Origin: Octopus bimaculoides
Taxonomy: Eukaryota
Assembly (NCBI RefSeq): GCF_001194135.2
Contig: NC_068987.1
Span: 23,578,369 to 23,620,303, forward strand
Direction: 5' to 3'
DNA: 41,935 nucleotides
Part shown: piece by piece, positions 11,264 to 23,430 of the stretch
How the letters are laid out: every line of letters begins with the position of its first letter
Position numbering within the stretch: position 1 is the first letter of the stretch
Made by a program: the position numbers and the translations under genes
The notes under the pieces: model-generated
The model's database searches: none
Told to the model about the DNA's origin: nothing
Seen by the model: only the letters and a program-made list of their open reading frames with translations

Positions 11264-12099
11264 GTAAGTAAAATTATTATTTTTTTTTTGTTTTTTTTAA
11301 TACTTTTTAATGTTTTTTTTTAGTTTATTCTGGCAGTAGGAGCTGTGACCATGGTCTTCGCAGGATCTAAACTTCTGAGACAGACAGGGTTGATATTTCT
11401 CCTCTTCAACAGCTGAAAGTTAACAGCCACAGAAAAAAGGGGACTAGGCCATGATTCCAGAAACCTGATGTTCTAGGAAGGAAAGACTGGATGTTATGTT
11501 TAGAGTGGGGCCTGGTAGTGTAGACCCAATGTAGGTGAGAGAAGGGGAGGAAGGACAGGATATAGTGGAGAGATATGTGTGGAGGAGGGGAGGAGAGGAG
11601 ACAAGTTAGTCAGAATTACATGTGGTAGAAGTTGAACAAGAATAGTTGGCTCCAAAGAGTAGAGGCCACTGGAGACTGGAGAGGTGCTAGAAAAGTCAGA
11701 AGAAGGACACAGAATGTCTGTAGATCAGAATCTAAAGCATGCTGGTGAATGATTTCATACCAACCAAACAAGAGGCCATCTTTGTTGAATGCAGTCTTGT
11801 ATGGCTGTGAGTCACACATGAGTTTGTAGAAAGTTAGGGAGAAATCATTTTCTAGATTTGAAGAAGGCTAGTATTGGCCATGTTGAGGATGTGTGTTGAC
11901 TAGATGAGACCCTCAATGATAGTGGTGCTTTGTATATATAATTTAAACACACTAGCTGCATACTGTTCATACTTAGGCAAGTAGGGTGATTTATGCTTTT
12001 GCTGTTTACTTTGAAACTCTTCTCTTCTAGGCTTTGTAATTTCTTCTCTAAATCTTCAACAAATTTAGTTGTTAGAACTAGGCCATCACCTCTCAACAC

Positions 12100-14520
12100 C
12101 TGGCATAAAACTCGGATACGTTCCTAATCTTCTTAAATAAGACTAAAAATCTATATAGGATAGACACCCTTAATTATGACAGGCTGCTAGAAAATAATAT
12201 TACACAGAATTATAAGCAAGCTTCCCCACACACACATACAACAACATCAACAGTGAAGCCAAACAATTAGCCAATGACCTTGATATAGCTGATAGGGTAG
12301 AGATCTCAGCTAAAAGGAATGCTTTTATTACCATCAAAGATCATAAACTGAACTTTACCTCAAACCCTAAATAGCACCTGATTAATCTGGCCAAATCTGA
12401 GATTGGTCTAGCAAGAAGTATACATTGAGAAACATCAATAATGGCATAAGGAGAGCCACCAACCTTACCCTATGGTGTAGCACCAACGAGGTGATTGCAT
12501 GGTTTAATACCAACAAGGGGAGAGGCAGAGCAAGGTTCACCCAGTTTGACATAGTCAATTTTTACCCATCTATATCAAAAGGGTTACTGGTCGAAGCACT
12601 TTCCTTTGCTAGGGGCTTCACTGACGTCAGCAACAGGGATATAGATGTCATTATGCATGCCAGTGCTGTTCAATAAAAGTTTGACCTGGTTCAAGCAATC
12701 CAGCCCCGCGGGCTCTTTTGATGTTGCGATGGATGCCTATGACAGCACTGATGTATGCAACCTTATCGAGTTGTATATCCTTGATACCCTTAAGAAAAAG
12801 TTCCCTTATGTTCTCTTTGGTCTTTACAGAGATGATGCCTTAATCAACTCTAGAGGAGTAAGTGGGCACACCCAAGATAGGCTTAGGAAAGATCTTATGA
12901 GCACACTTGGTTCCATGAGATTGAAAATCACCATCGAGACCAATCTCACCACTGCGGACTTCTTAGACGTCACATTCAACTTGGGCTCCAGTAGATACAG
13001 GCCATACTGCAAGCCAAATGAGAGGCTAATGTACATCAACACAGCCTCCTGTCACTCACTCATTGTGTCTAAAAACCTGGTGAAGGGTGTTAGCAAGAGG
13101 ATCATGAACCTTTCCTCCAGTCAAGGAATGTTTGATGTAGCTGTCCCCTACTATGATGAAGCTCTAGCTGCTAGCAGTTTTAGGGATCGCATCTCCTACA
13201 TGTCGGGCCTCAACATCCATAGAAGGAAGCGCTACAGATATATCATTTGGTTTTCACCCCACTTCTCTCTTAACATAAAAACGTCTGTAGGTAGGATATT
13301 CCTGAAGTTTATAGATAAACATTTCACATGTTCACATTGGTATGGACACATTTTCAACAGGCACAATCTTAGTGTCTCTTTTAGTTGTGTCCCCAATATT
13401 AAGAGCATTCTAGTTAGCACCCCTAGACTATGAACAGAAGCAGGATGCTCATGCAGGGACCATAACAGATGCCCAGTGAGAGGCCACTGCAAAACTATGG
13501 GAGTCATCTATGAAGCTGTGGTACTAGCCATCTCTAATAGTAGCAGCAACATTGGCAACTCACCCAACAGCTGCTACAGTAACAGGGACAACAGTATGAA
13601 TAGTAGCAGCAGCAGAGACATGAACAAAACCAGCAGAAGTAACATTGCCAGTGATAATAAAAATAACAACATCAATGACAGCATTGGCAGTATCCCTAAT
13701 GGCAGCAGCTTCCCCAATGGCTACTACAGTAGCAGGGACAACAGTACGAATAGTAGCAGCAGCTGAGACACAGACAGAACCAGTGGCGCCACCATCGTCA
13801 GTGATAACAACAATAACAACAATGACAGTACCCCTAACAGAAATAGCAGCAGAGCCATCACCAATGATATTTATAACAGCACCTCCATCAATGATGATGA
13901 CCATAACAACAACTACAACTTTACCAATACCAACACCACCAGTGGCAGTACCAACACCATTGCCACCTCCAATGACGCCAACACCTACAGCGCCAATACC
14001 AACAACAGCGGTAGCAGCAATGCCAACACCAACAGACACAGCACTGCCCATACCCAACCGTGGAGATACATCAGCTGCTCCGGGTACATGTTCAAACAAC
14101 GCTTCTCCAACCACAACTCCTCCTTCAGGATACTGGAAAAGAGATACATTACATCATTAGCCAGCGGTGTATGGCAGATGAAAGATGATGGGATTCCATG
14201 CACAATATCATGGAGAATCCTAGAAAATCCAGGTCCCTATATAAATGGGACCAAGTGCTGTAAACTATGCATAGCAGAATGGGCAAGGATTCTAAAGGAC
14301 TCCCTCAACTCAAGGAACATCCTGAACTCCAGAACAGAGGTCTTTGGACCATGCTTGCATTTCTGGACTTTCCTGCTGGCCTATTGGAACCCACAAGATA
14401 ACAGGGTCACTGGCGATTGATAGCCAAAGAGAGACAATCCCCTGTTGTTGACATTGAGTAGCAAGGTCCTTTCCTCCTCCATATTCTAGAGAGGTCACTC
14501 CCTGAGCGGCCTTAAGCAAA
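12100..14520 (+). mobile_element. Penelope-like retroelement (Neptune-type; RT, Cys linker, C-terminal GIY-YIG), decayed and 5'-truncated
   Basis: RT motifs: FITIKDHK, INLAKSEIG, QFDIVNFYPSI, FDVAMDAYD, GLYRDD (12820-12836), DFLDVTFNL. Linker: CSCRDHNRCPVRGHC. Nuclease: VIY...YIS, FKQRFSNH, CKLC. There is a frameshift near 12660 and stops near 12371, 13431 and 13764. Confidence 0.92.
13512..14066 (+). repeat. Codon-phased Asn/Ser/Thr/Asp-rich low-complexity insert containing a diverged 150-nt tandem duplication
   Basis: CCCAA..GCT.CTACAGTA.CAGGGACAACAGTA.GAATAGTAGCAGCAGC occurs at 13563 and 13713. The insert is in the same frame as both halves of the GIY-YIG motif. Confidence 0.85.
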
Positions 14521-14649
14521 CAGGTTTTGAGATCTTATGATACACCATAAGCCAGCCTTATCTAACTTTATTTATGTTATATACTGCTGCTCTTTAACTT
14601 AGAGTGTGCTTCTTTTTCAGATTTATCTTCTACCGACAATATATATATA

Positions 14650-14815
14650 TAGGTGCAGGCATGGTGGTGTGGTAAGTAACTTGCTTACCAACCACATGGT
14701 ACCAGGTTCAGTCCCACTGCATGGCACTTTGGGCAAGTGTCTTCTACTATAGCCTCAAACTGACCAAAGTCTTGTGAGCGGATTTAATAGACGGAAACTG
14801 AAAGAAGCCTGTTGA
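14650..14815 (+). mobile_element. tRNA-derived SINE 5' half (related copies at about 9150-9254 on -, 29810-30210, 32505-32820 and 33205-33630 on +)
   Basis: GGTGTGGTAAG A-box-like and GGTTCAGTCCCACTG B-box-like motifs, then TTGGGCAAGTGTCTTCTACTATAG shared among copies. Confidence 0.75.
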
Positions 14816-15355
14816 GTGTGTATATATATATATATATATATATCAATATATTATAAATTAACTACCAACAAAAATAGTTGGTAAGCTAACTCAAAAAATC
14901 ATCACCAAAATAGCAGAAAAAGATGTGTAAAGAAATTTTGATTTATTAAGTCTCTTAATGAATTCTTTATACTGAAATATATATTGAAGAAGATAAATAT
15001 ATTCATTTGAATATNNNNNNNNNNATATATATATATATATATATATACGTGTGTGTGTGTGTGTGTGTTTGTGCCCCCCTCCACTATCTCTTGACATACA
15101 TATGTATATTTAGTGGTGTTGTGTCGAGTGTTATTTACAATTTTGTTCACTTTGAGAACTCCTCAACATATATGCTATTACACTTTGTGCATTGATTTCA
15201 GTTTTTGATTCTCAAAACTTTCCTCTACACCTCAGTATAGTATCATCATATCCTTTGTTGTGAATTCCTGTCTGTTTAGCTCTATGTGTGAACCATTTCT
15301 AAAAATTTCTTTAGTCAAATTTTATTTACTTTTAACATTGTTATCCTTCTTGCAG

Positions 15356-15501
15356 GAGAATGTATTTTATTTGGAGAAGAAAGAGACAGAAATCATAAAC
15401 ATGGAGAATACAATGAAAATTCAAGTTAAAACCATGGAACAACAGAAGCATGCTTTCAGCTCAGTAACTGCTAAGTTGAAAGGAAACATCAGGAAGAATC
15501 G
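15356..15501 (+). CDS. Exon 7: ENVFYLEKKETEIINMENTMKIQVKTMEQQKHAFSSVTAKLKGNIRKN(R)
   Basis: ccttcttgcAG acceptor, GTAAGT donor, 146 nt, phase 0/2. Confidence 0.9.
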
Positions 15502-15534
15502 GTAAGTTGGTGCTTTGGATTTTTAGTGATGTGG

Positions 15535-15880
15535 TTGGTTGGCTGGTTGGCTGGTTGATTGAGTGATAGGTTGGTTAGTCGGTTAGTTGGTTGGTTTGTA
15601 AGCACCACAGAGAGCTCCAGATTTATATACAGGTAGATCAAAAGATATAGAATCTTGTGTTGGTCCTATCTAATAAGCATTGACTTACAGTTGGATTGGT
15701 TGGTTCGTTAGTTGGTTGATTAGTTTGGTTAGTTTATTGGTTGGTTGGTTGGTTGCTTGCTTGTTTGCTTCATAGGTAGGCTGGTTAGTAGGCTGATTGG
15801 CTGGTTGGTTGGTTGGTTGGTTGGGTTATTATTTGATTAGTTGGTTGATTGGTTTATTGGCTGGTATTGGTTAGTTGACT
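15535..15880. repeat. Degenerate (TTGG)n microsatellite
   Basis: Runs of ttggttggttgg with substitutions. Confidence 0.9.
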
Positions 15881-18570
15881 ATTTGTTTAGTTGTCATTTT
15901 TTAATAACCACGTCTAATTTGTTAATGTTGTTTAGAATTAGGTTAATTGTATTAAATCTTTATTTAAATATGATTTATAATAAAACTGTAATGAATGAAA
16001 AACATTCTGTAGTTTTTGATAGGTTCTTCAGTCTGTGAGGCTCGTAGCCATTTCTTGTTTAGTTTACTGCTTATTCCATTCTTGACCACAGTCTATATGT
16101 ATATACTAGTGTTATATATATATTGAGAAAATATATGTTGCGTATACATTGAGAGAATATACTGTGTGCAAGTTTAATGATAGTTTCAACATCTACTCTA
16201 AGATTAAGTGATTTCCTGGACTTCAACAGACTTCCTCTGTTTTTAGGTAACTCCTGAAACAGAACTGACTAAATCTCCTGTTAAACCTAACCATAACACT
16301 GTGATTCCAATTAACCGAATTCTTCGCTGTCACCTACTGTCTAATAGTGGCTGTCTCTCTGATAAGGCCTCTGTTTCATAGTTAGACATATGTGGCTATC
16401 ATTAATGCCCTCACCCTCATGCCAGTGCTGTTATATATCTCATTGTGTATAATAAATATACTGTTATTTATCTCATAAAGTATATACTTGATATGTTTTT
16501 ATATGTCTCACATTTAGCAGATATACTGTTATATTGTTGTTTATACTGATACATGTAATACTAATAATCTGCCTCTGCATATATATATATATATGCATAT
16601 ATATATATGTGGCGGTAGGTTGAATGTAATTATATCATTTTCATTATCGTCATCTTTTAATGTCCAACTTTGGCATCGGATGGTCAGTTTGACAGGATTC
16701 AACAACATGGAGGATTGCATTGAACTCCAATGTTTTCAAGGGCTTGGTTTTTATGGCTGATGCCCTTGCTAATGTCACCACTTTACAGAGTGTACTGGGC
16801 ACTTTTCCTCCTGGATGGAGCACTAGTGAGGTAGCCAAATAAGTTGCAATACAAAGAAAATACCCCTCAACTTAGTAGGGTTTAAGTAGAAAAGGAAGTG
16901 GAACAGGTGTCTAGCTATGTAGGAGCTACATGGCTACCCCTACCTTAAATATTAGGGTGAGAGTTATAGAAAAGATAAAGATAGTGGTGAAGAGGTGTCA
17001 GAGCTTACTCTCAAGGTATAAAAAGGTGAATATAAGATAGAATACAGGCAGAGGGTTTGGAACAGTGGGAAGGTTTGTAAGAGGGAAAGAAAAGTGTCAG
17101 ATGGTTTGAGATGGAATGGGTGAGAAGAGGTGAATGTACTGAAGGATGATTGTAGAGGTGTGGATGATGGTAAATATCAGTTTGGGATAAGGTGAAAGAA
17201 ATAGGAAGGCGGAGGTGATACATGGCAGTACAAGAAGGGTGGAGAACTGCAATATAATAGCCTGTAGATAGATCAAAGATGATGTGTAATGTGGGAAAGT
17301 GGAGAGAGAGAGAGAGAGAGGTCAGATGTAAGCCAAATCGCTCACTTTGGCTACATGCAAAATGTCCTTTGTAACGGTTTTAACTCGTGACCTCAGTTCA
17401 AATTGTAACTGACCAATTGTAGAGACAGCTGGACTTAGATTTGCCCCATTGTGGACCATAGGTGAGACTCTCGGTATTAATTTCTGTGAGTAAATTTTCT
17501 CTTTAACACCCTACAATAATTGTTTACCTTAATTTGAGTTTACTCCATTAGCATAGCTACTGCCCTTTGATAAGCATGTTAGTATTTTCCTTATATATAG
17601 TTTCTTGATAACTTCTTTTTTCAACATCCTGATCCCACCCGCTTCAAATTGCACCTACCAGTTAACAAATTGTATTATTCCCTAGACCATTACTAGCTCA
17701 CTTTTTTACCTATGGACCCTGTAGCCCCTGATGGTAAATTATTTGCTCTTAACATATTAGGCTTCTAGACTATTTGTCTAAGCCATGTTTTCTTTCCTTT
17801 TCCTTCTCCCCTTTGTATGCTCAAACTTTGTATTTTCAAACTTACCCGTATTTACTTACCCATGATTAATCCCCCTCTTTCCTCCATAGGGCAGCTATTC
17901 TGTTTTCACAGAGCATGAAGTTTCCACTGCTGTTGGTGGAAAAGGAAGACGCAGTATTCACCTGCAAACATTTTACACACCCTTCCAGGACTACCTACCA
18001 AATTGTTACAATTTTGAGAATGATAACACAGCCTTTTTTCAGGGCCACCTCACATTCTATTGTTACCCACTTCTGAGAGTGTTGCAATGCTATTTACAGG
18101 GCTTTCTATCCAGTTGCAAATCGATTGGTTGGGCGTAAACTTATATCAATCTTTGCTTCAGTAATCACAATTGAGTAGAATCATTAAGAGTACTTTAAAG
18201 CAATTAAGCCCCGAGCAATGCCAGGCACTTCTGCTAGAATATATATATATTGCACACACAAATTATTCCACATCTCGATACTGGCTCAGGAGTATTTCTT
18301 TAGAAGGCATATTTTATTGGCCCCTTGGGTACCATTAGCTGATCCCATTCTGTTTCAAGCATATGGGCCAGGTCTCAAGTGTAATCATAATTTCCTTCCT
18401 CTGGCCCACCAGTCTCATAGGCCATGTAAAAAGTCATAGACATTGTCTTCCTTCCTAAGTAAAACATAACAAAAAAAAAAGACTTCTAATATGTCTGCAT
18501 ATTTGATAATCCAACAATACTTAGATCCTATGAGCGCTGCATTAGTGGAACTCTGCAAAGAAGAGCTGAA

Positions 18571-19805
18571 AAGTTCATAGGCTGACTATGAAGGAGTGAT
18601 GCTGGAGCTGTGAAATCTTACATGCATTAATTTTTTTCGCTTCTTATTTATAACTGCTTTGTTTCTTTCCAGGTAAACTCACATCTGACTGTTCAAAGAA
18701 GACTTCAAAAGTAACTAGTAGTGGCTTCTGTTGAAAATCAACAAAATTTGGCATTGTGATGTTATCAAGTACCTGCAGAAAAAGATTCTAGCCCCCAAAG
18801 ACGTTCATGCTGACATGGTTGCTACATTAGGGGATGACGTTCTTGCTCTATCAACAGTGCAAAAGTGGGCAGCTGAATTTACGAGGGAAAGGAGAGTCTT
18901 AAAGATGACCTAAGGTCTGGATGTACTGCAATTACCATTACCAACAAAAACATTGGTTGTGTTCACAACATGGTGATGGATAACAGGCAGTTGACTATAA
19001 ATCAAATAGTCAATGCTATTAACATATCCTGTGAGAAAGTTGAGAATATTCAGCACAATGAACTTGGCATGACAAAAGTTTCTGCTCACTGGGAGCCATG
19101 TCTTCTGACACCTGATCAAAAGAGCCCCAGGCTGATTATATCACGGGAAAATCTGACATTGCTTGAGGTCAGATTTATTTGAATGATTTATTTGAATGTT
19201 TCCTAACCCAGGATGAGTGTTGGGTTTATCAGTTTGAGCCAGAGACAAAGAAATAATCCATCTGCTCCAAACAATGTCAATGTTGTTTCATCTGAAGGGA
19301 AGGTGATGACCTCAGTTTTTAGGGATGCAAAAGGCATTATGTTTATTGACTATCTCCAAAAGGGCTACACTATCAATGGAGAGTACTAAGCCAATTTGCT
19401 GGGGCAGTTACAAAAAGCTATGAAGACCAAATACCCAGGAAAACTAACAAAGGAGTCATATTTCATCTGGACACAAGTCCTTGGTTTCAATGGCTGCTAT
19501 GCGTGACAGCATCTTTGAACTGGTTGATCACCCTCCATATTCTCTTGATTTGGCCCAATCTGATTATAATCTGTTTCCTATCATGGAAAAAACTCTTGGC
19601 TGGGAACCAGTATCGCAGTGATGATGACATCATATCTGCTATTGATGACAATTTTTGAGCAACTGGATGAAAGCTTCTTCACAAATGGGATCCAAGCACT
19701 GTAACACTGATGCTAGCAGTATGTGGACTGCAACGTTGAAAGATAAAACCTCATTTTGTCACATTCCATGAGCGTATCTTAATCATCTTAGTCAGCCTGT
19801 GAACT
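18571..19805 (+). mobile_element. Near full-length decayed mariner (DD34D) transposon
   Basis: TIRs are AAGTTCATAGGCTGACTATGA (18571-18591) and TCTTAGTCAGCCTGTGAACT (19786-19805). Transposase remnants include ALSTVQKWAAEF, KVSAHWEPCLLT (WVPRxL), TQDECW and HPPYSLDLAQSDY (YSPDL). There are multiple stops and frameshifts. Confidence 0.93.
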
Positions 19806-19976
19806 CCTACTGTATGTGTGTAAAATCCCAAATTCTACATAATCCCAATTCAGACTGTGTATAATCATCAATCTCTCTTTGTCTGTCTCTCTGAATCTCT
19901 TTCTCTACTCCCCCTACCTCTCTCACTCTTTGACTCTCCTCTGATTATCTTTCTGTTTCTCTCTCTCTTTCTGCAG

Positions 19977-20062
19977 TATTTCAATGATGAATGTCAAAAC
20001 ACAGTTGCAAAAGATTGATGATACCTCGACAGATTCTCTGAGGCGTCTGAAAGAAACACAAG
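19977..20062 (+). CDS. Exon 8: ISMMNVKTQLQKIDDTSTDSLRRLKETQ
   Basis: Long CT tract plus gcAG acceptor, GTACAG donor, 86 nt, phase 2/1. Confidence 0.85.
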
Positions 20063-20486
20063 GTACAGTTATTCTCTAAGCTATTTCACTTAACATCACT
20101 ACACATGAAGTCACACTTCCGGCATACCACTGTGTCAGTTTCAAGCCAACTGAGATCCATAGCAATGACTAACTATGGCTCTTTTTAAACTGACCAGACA
20201 TTCATGCATAACAATTTCAAATTTGTGGCTCAAAGCCAACAAGTTCAGGGAATGGGATAAGTTGATTACATCAACCCTGAAATAATGAAAGGCAAAGTCC
20301 ACCTCGTTGGAATTTGCAATTCAGAATATGAAGACGGATGAAATACTGCTAAGCATTTTGCCTGGTGTGCTAACAATTCTGCCAGTTTGCTGCCTTTAGG
20401 CATTCATACATAATAAGTGCTGATTGAGTAAAAGTAGATTAAAAATTCAGATGCTATAACGATATTAAATGTAACCTATCATTGTT

Positions 20487-20850
20487 GTCACCATATGGTG
20501 TAGTGGTTAAGAGTGCGGGCTACTAACCCCAAGATTCCAAGTTTGTTTCCAGGCAGTGACCTGAATAATAATAATAATGATAATAATAATAATAATAATA
20601 ATGATAATAATAATAATAATAACAACAAAAACAACAACAACAACAACAAAAACAACAACAAAAACAACAAAAACAACAACGACAACGACGACGACGACGA
20701 CGAACAATATCTTAGGAATGGAGAACCCAGGTTCGAAATTTCCCCAAGACATCTAATGAAGGCTGGAGGGTATATCAGCCGAAACGTTGTGTTAACAACA
20801 AACAAGATGAGGACAAATATCCGTCAATTGTAAATAATGTAAATAATGAT
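20487..20850 (+). mobile_element. Composite SINE: tRNA-like head, (AAT)n(AAC)n(GAC)n spacer, hammerhead-like 3' module
   Basis: GTCAC/GTGAC acceptor-like stem (20487-20491 and 20556-20560), A box TGGTGTAGTGG (20496-20506), B box GTTTGTTTCC (20541-20550), anticodon-like loop CTACTAA. Confidence 0.75.
20748..20830 (+). ncRNA. Hammerhead ribozyme-like core within the SINE
   Basis: CTAATGA (CUGAUGA with one change), A, GGCTG-gagggtatat-CAGCC, GAAAC. A candidate GTC cleavage site lies at about 20823-20825. Stems I and III are not clearly resolved. Confidence 0.5.
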
Positions 20851-21287
20851 CGTCATCGTTGTCGTCATCGTTGTTGCCGTTGTCATCGTTGTTGTCATCA
20901 TCATCATCAGCACCATCGCCACTACCATCATCAGCATTGTTGTCATCTCTTAATGTCCATCTTTCATGCAGCGTGTGTTGGGTGGTTTGGTGGAATCCAC
21001 TGGCTCTGAGGATTGCATCATGCTTCACTGTCTGCTTTGGTGTGGTTCCTCTGACTGGATGCCCTTCTCAACACCAACCATTCTATGGTATGAGTAACAT
21101 CAATACTTGTAAGGTCACCATGAAGTTTGGAAGGTCAAGACCACCTTTGACTGAATGGGGCTACAGAAGAGAAGAAGGTAGTCTTATGCTACAGAAGAAA
21201 GGAGTTAAAAGCATGAAAGAAGGAGCCAGAGCAGAACAGATTTCTTGCTGTAGAGGAGCTACATAGCCACACACACGCACGCAAGCA

Positions 21288-21350
<63 letters not shown>

Positions 21351-21706
21351 GGTTATATATGATATAACCAGTGTTTTTTTTCAAATTTCGTTTATTTACT
21401 AAAAAAAACAATATAAAGATCATCCTTGTCATCATCATATAACATCCATTTCCTATGCTGGCATGGATTTGAGGAGTTATCTCAGTGCAACTCAGTTGCT
21501 ATTCAGAGTTACTGCCCCTTCCTAGACAAGTCATAGGACTGCATCTTGCTCATACATTTTGGTTTTGTCTCAATTCCTACTACTGGATGCTCTTATTACC
21601 ATCCACTTACATTTACTTGTAACTAGAATAACAGGAAAATATGCTTTTATTCATCAGTGGTGTTTATTCATTTATGAAAAAAGGAAAAAGACCAGTTATA
21701 AGGGGA

Positions 21707-22006
21707 ACATTTCAGCAAGGTCATTGCCAGTGCCGCTGGATTGGCTCCTGTGCAGGTGTCACGTAAAAAACACCATTTGAGCATGGCTGTTGCCAGTACC
21801 AGCTTACTGGCCCTTGTGCCAGTGGCACATAAAAGCACCTACTACAATCTCGGAGTGGTTGGCGTTATGAAGGGCATCCAGCTGTAGAAACTCTGCCAGA
21901 TCAGATTGGAGCCTGGTGCAGCCATCTGGTTCATCAGTCTTCAGTCAAATTGTCCAACCCATGCTAGCATGGAAAGCGGACGTTAAACGATGATGATGAT
22001 GATGAT
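21707..22006 (+). mobile_element. SINE, major (GAT)n-tailed family
   Basis: Same body and tail as 829-1083 (-), 3340-3650 and 31060-31520. Shorter or diverged relatives lie on the - strand at about 4770-5010, 9690-10020, 16640-16850, 20850-21130 and 21420-21540. Confidence 0.85.
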
Positions 22007-22077
22007 ATTATAAGCAATTTTTACAGAAATCAATTAGTCTTTGAAAAAAGAAATTTTAATGAAAAAATATCTACTTA

Positions 22078-22110
<33 letters not shown>

Positions 22111-22269
22111 ATGTATGTATGTATGCATGTATATATATTATCATCAGTGGTGTCCTAGATACGCTATATCAGTATAATAGATGGGATGGTCACGGATGGA
22201 ATATCTAATTTTAAGTGTGCTGGACATGGTCTGACCTGGAGCTAAACAGCAACAGAAACAACATCTCTT

Positions 22270-22570
22270 CACACACCATATTGTGCCATCTGAGCCACTC
22301 TACGCACGATCTAACACCACTCTGCACCAGATCTAATGCTATCCACACCAACTAGAGCTACTTCACACACCATCTAAGGCCACTCCCATACTACTTAATA
22401 CCATTCCAGGTACCATTTGATAACCCATGCCCATACTTTCAAATATTACTCTGCACTCCATCTAACACAGCTCCAAACTCTCATCTAAAACCACTCCCTT
22501 GCCCTCCAGTGCTGCTCCACGCACGATCTAGCACCACACCACTCATCCTCTAGCATCACACTCCTACACA
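22270..22570. repeat. Degenerate C/A-rich minisatellite with a unit of about 20-25 bp
   Basis: Recurring CCACTC.(A/C)CGCACGATCTA(A/G)CAC-like units. Confidence 0.55.
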
Positions 22571-22909
22571 CAGGTTAATGCCTTTCTATAGAGCATCGCA
22601 CACCCCTTTCTGCTCCTTCCTCATCACTCTCTCCTCACTTCCTTTCAATAATAACCACGGTAACAATAATAACATGATTGTAGTACAGAGCGGCAAGAAT
22701 CTCCAGTTTTGAACACTTCCCCCGCCCCCAAACCACCCAGTGTTTTTCTTTTTGCTTTCATTTCATTATTCGTTTTTTAAAAGTGGAAGTGTGTCTGAAG
22801 GAGGAGAGGGTGCATTGTGGCAGCAAAGCTTCACAAAGGTAGCTTTCTTGTCAGAATTATCTTCAGCTAATAGACTTTCAAATCTGTTTGGCTTTATACT
22901 AAAAGCAGC

Positions 22910-22958
<49 letters not shown>

Positions 22959-22992
22959 ATGTATATATATATATATGTGTGTGTGTGTATGT

Positions 22993-23040
<48 letters not shown>

Positions 23041-23317
23041 NNNNNNNNNNNNNNNNNNNNNNNNNNNNNNNNNNNNNNNNNNNNNNNNNNNNNNNNNNNN
23101 NNNNNNNNNNNNNNNNNNNNNNNNNNNNNNNNNNNNNNNNNNNNNNNNNNNNNNNNNNNNNNNNNNNNNNNNNNNNNNNNNNNNNNNNNNNNNNNNNNNN
23201 NNNNNNNNNNNNNNNNNNNNNNNNNNNNNNNNNNNNNNNNNNNNNNNNNNNNNNNNNNNNNNNNNNNNNNNNNNNNNNNNNNNNNNNNNNNNNNNNNNNN
23301 NNNNNNNNNNNNNNNNN

Positions 23318-23367
<50 letters not shown>

Positions 23368-23395
23368 TATGTATGTATGTATGTATACTTATATG

Positions 23396-23430
<35 letters not shown>

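Noticed and set aside
10080-11840. Purine-rich tracts (also 16900-17300) as genes
   Set aside because: The minus-strand ORFs are compositionally biased and probably decayed C/T-rich retroelement remnants. No family can be assigned from motifs.
13431-13766. In-frame TGA codons in the PLE as selenocysteine recoding (known for some Naiad PLEs)
   Set aside because: The TGAs are not at conserved Cys positions, one aligns with AGA in the sister repeat, the element has C-terminal rather than N-terminal EN, it carries other lesions, and no SECIS is evident.
13512-14066. The insert as an intein or intron
   Set aside because: There are no intein terminal motifs (C/S start, HN end, Hint blocks), and no convincing GT-AG pair removes it cleanly.
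13560-14160. Mucin-like Thr/Pro ORF (13645..14160 +) and Val/Gly ORF (13560..14114 -)
   Set aside because: They are alternate frames of the PLE low-complexity insert, with no splice signals or promoter.
16248-16382. Extra host exon after tttttAG (VTPETELTKSPVKP...)
   Set aside because: It is out of phase with exon 7 (phase 2 gives an immediate TAA) and has no donor. Exon 7 joins exon 8 cleanly.
18120-18450. Possible Ty1/copia RT remnant on - (FLHG, NKICLLKK, SRCGN)
   Set aside because: Only short motifs in different frames are present, too degraded to support without a search.
20487-20562. tRNA genes (also 14650, 31940-32013, 33205 and others)
   Set aside because: The cloverleaves are imperfect and are followed by SINE bodies, so these are tRNA-derived heads only.
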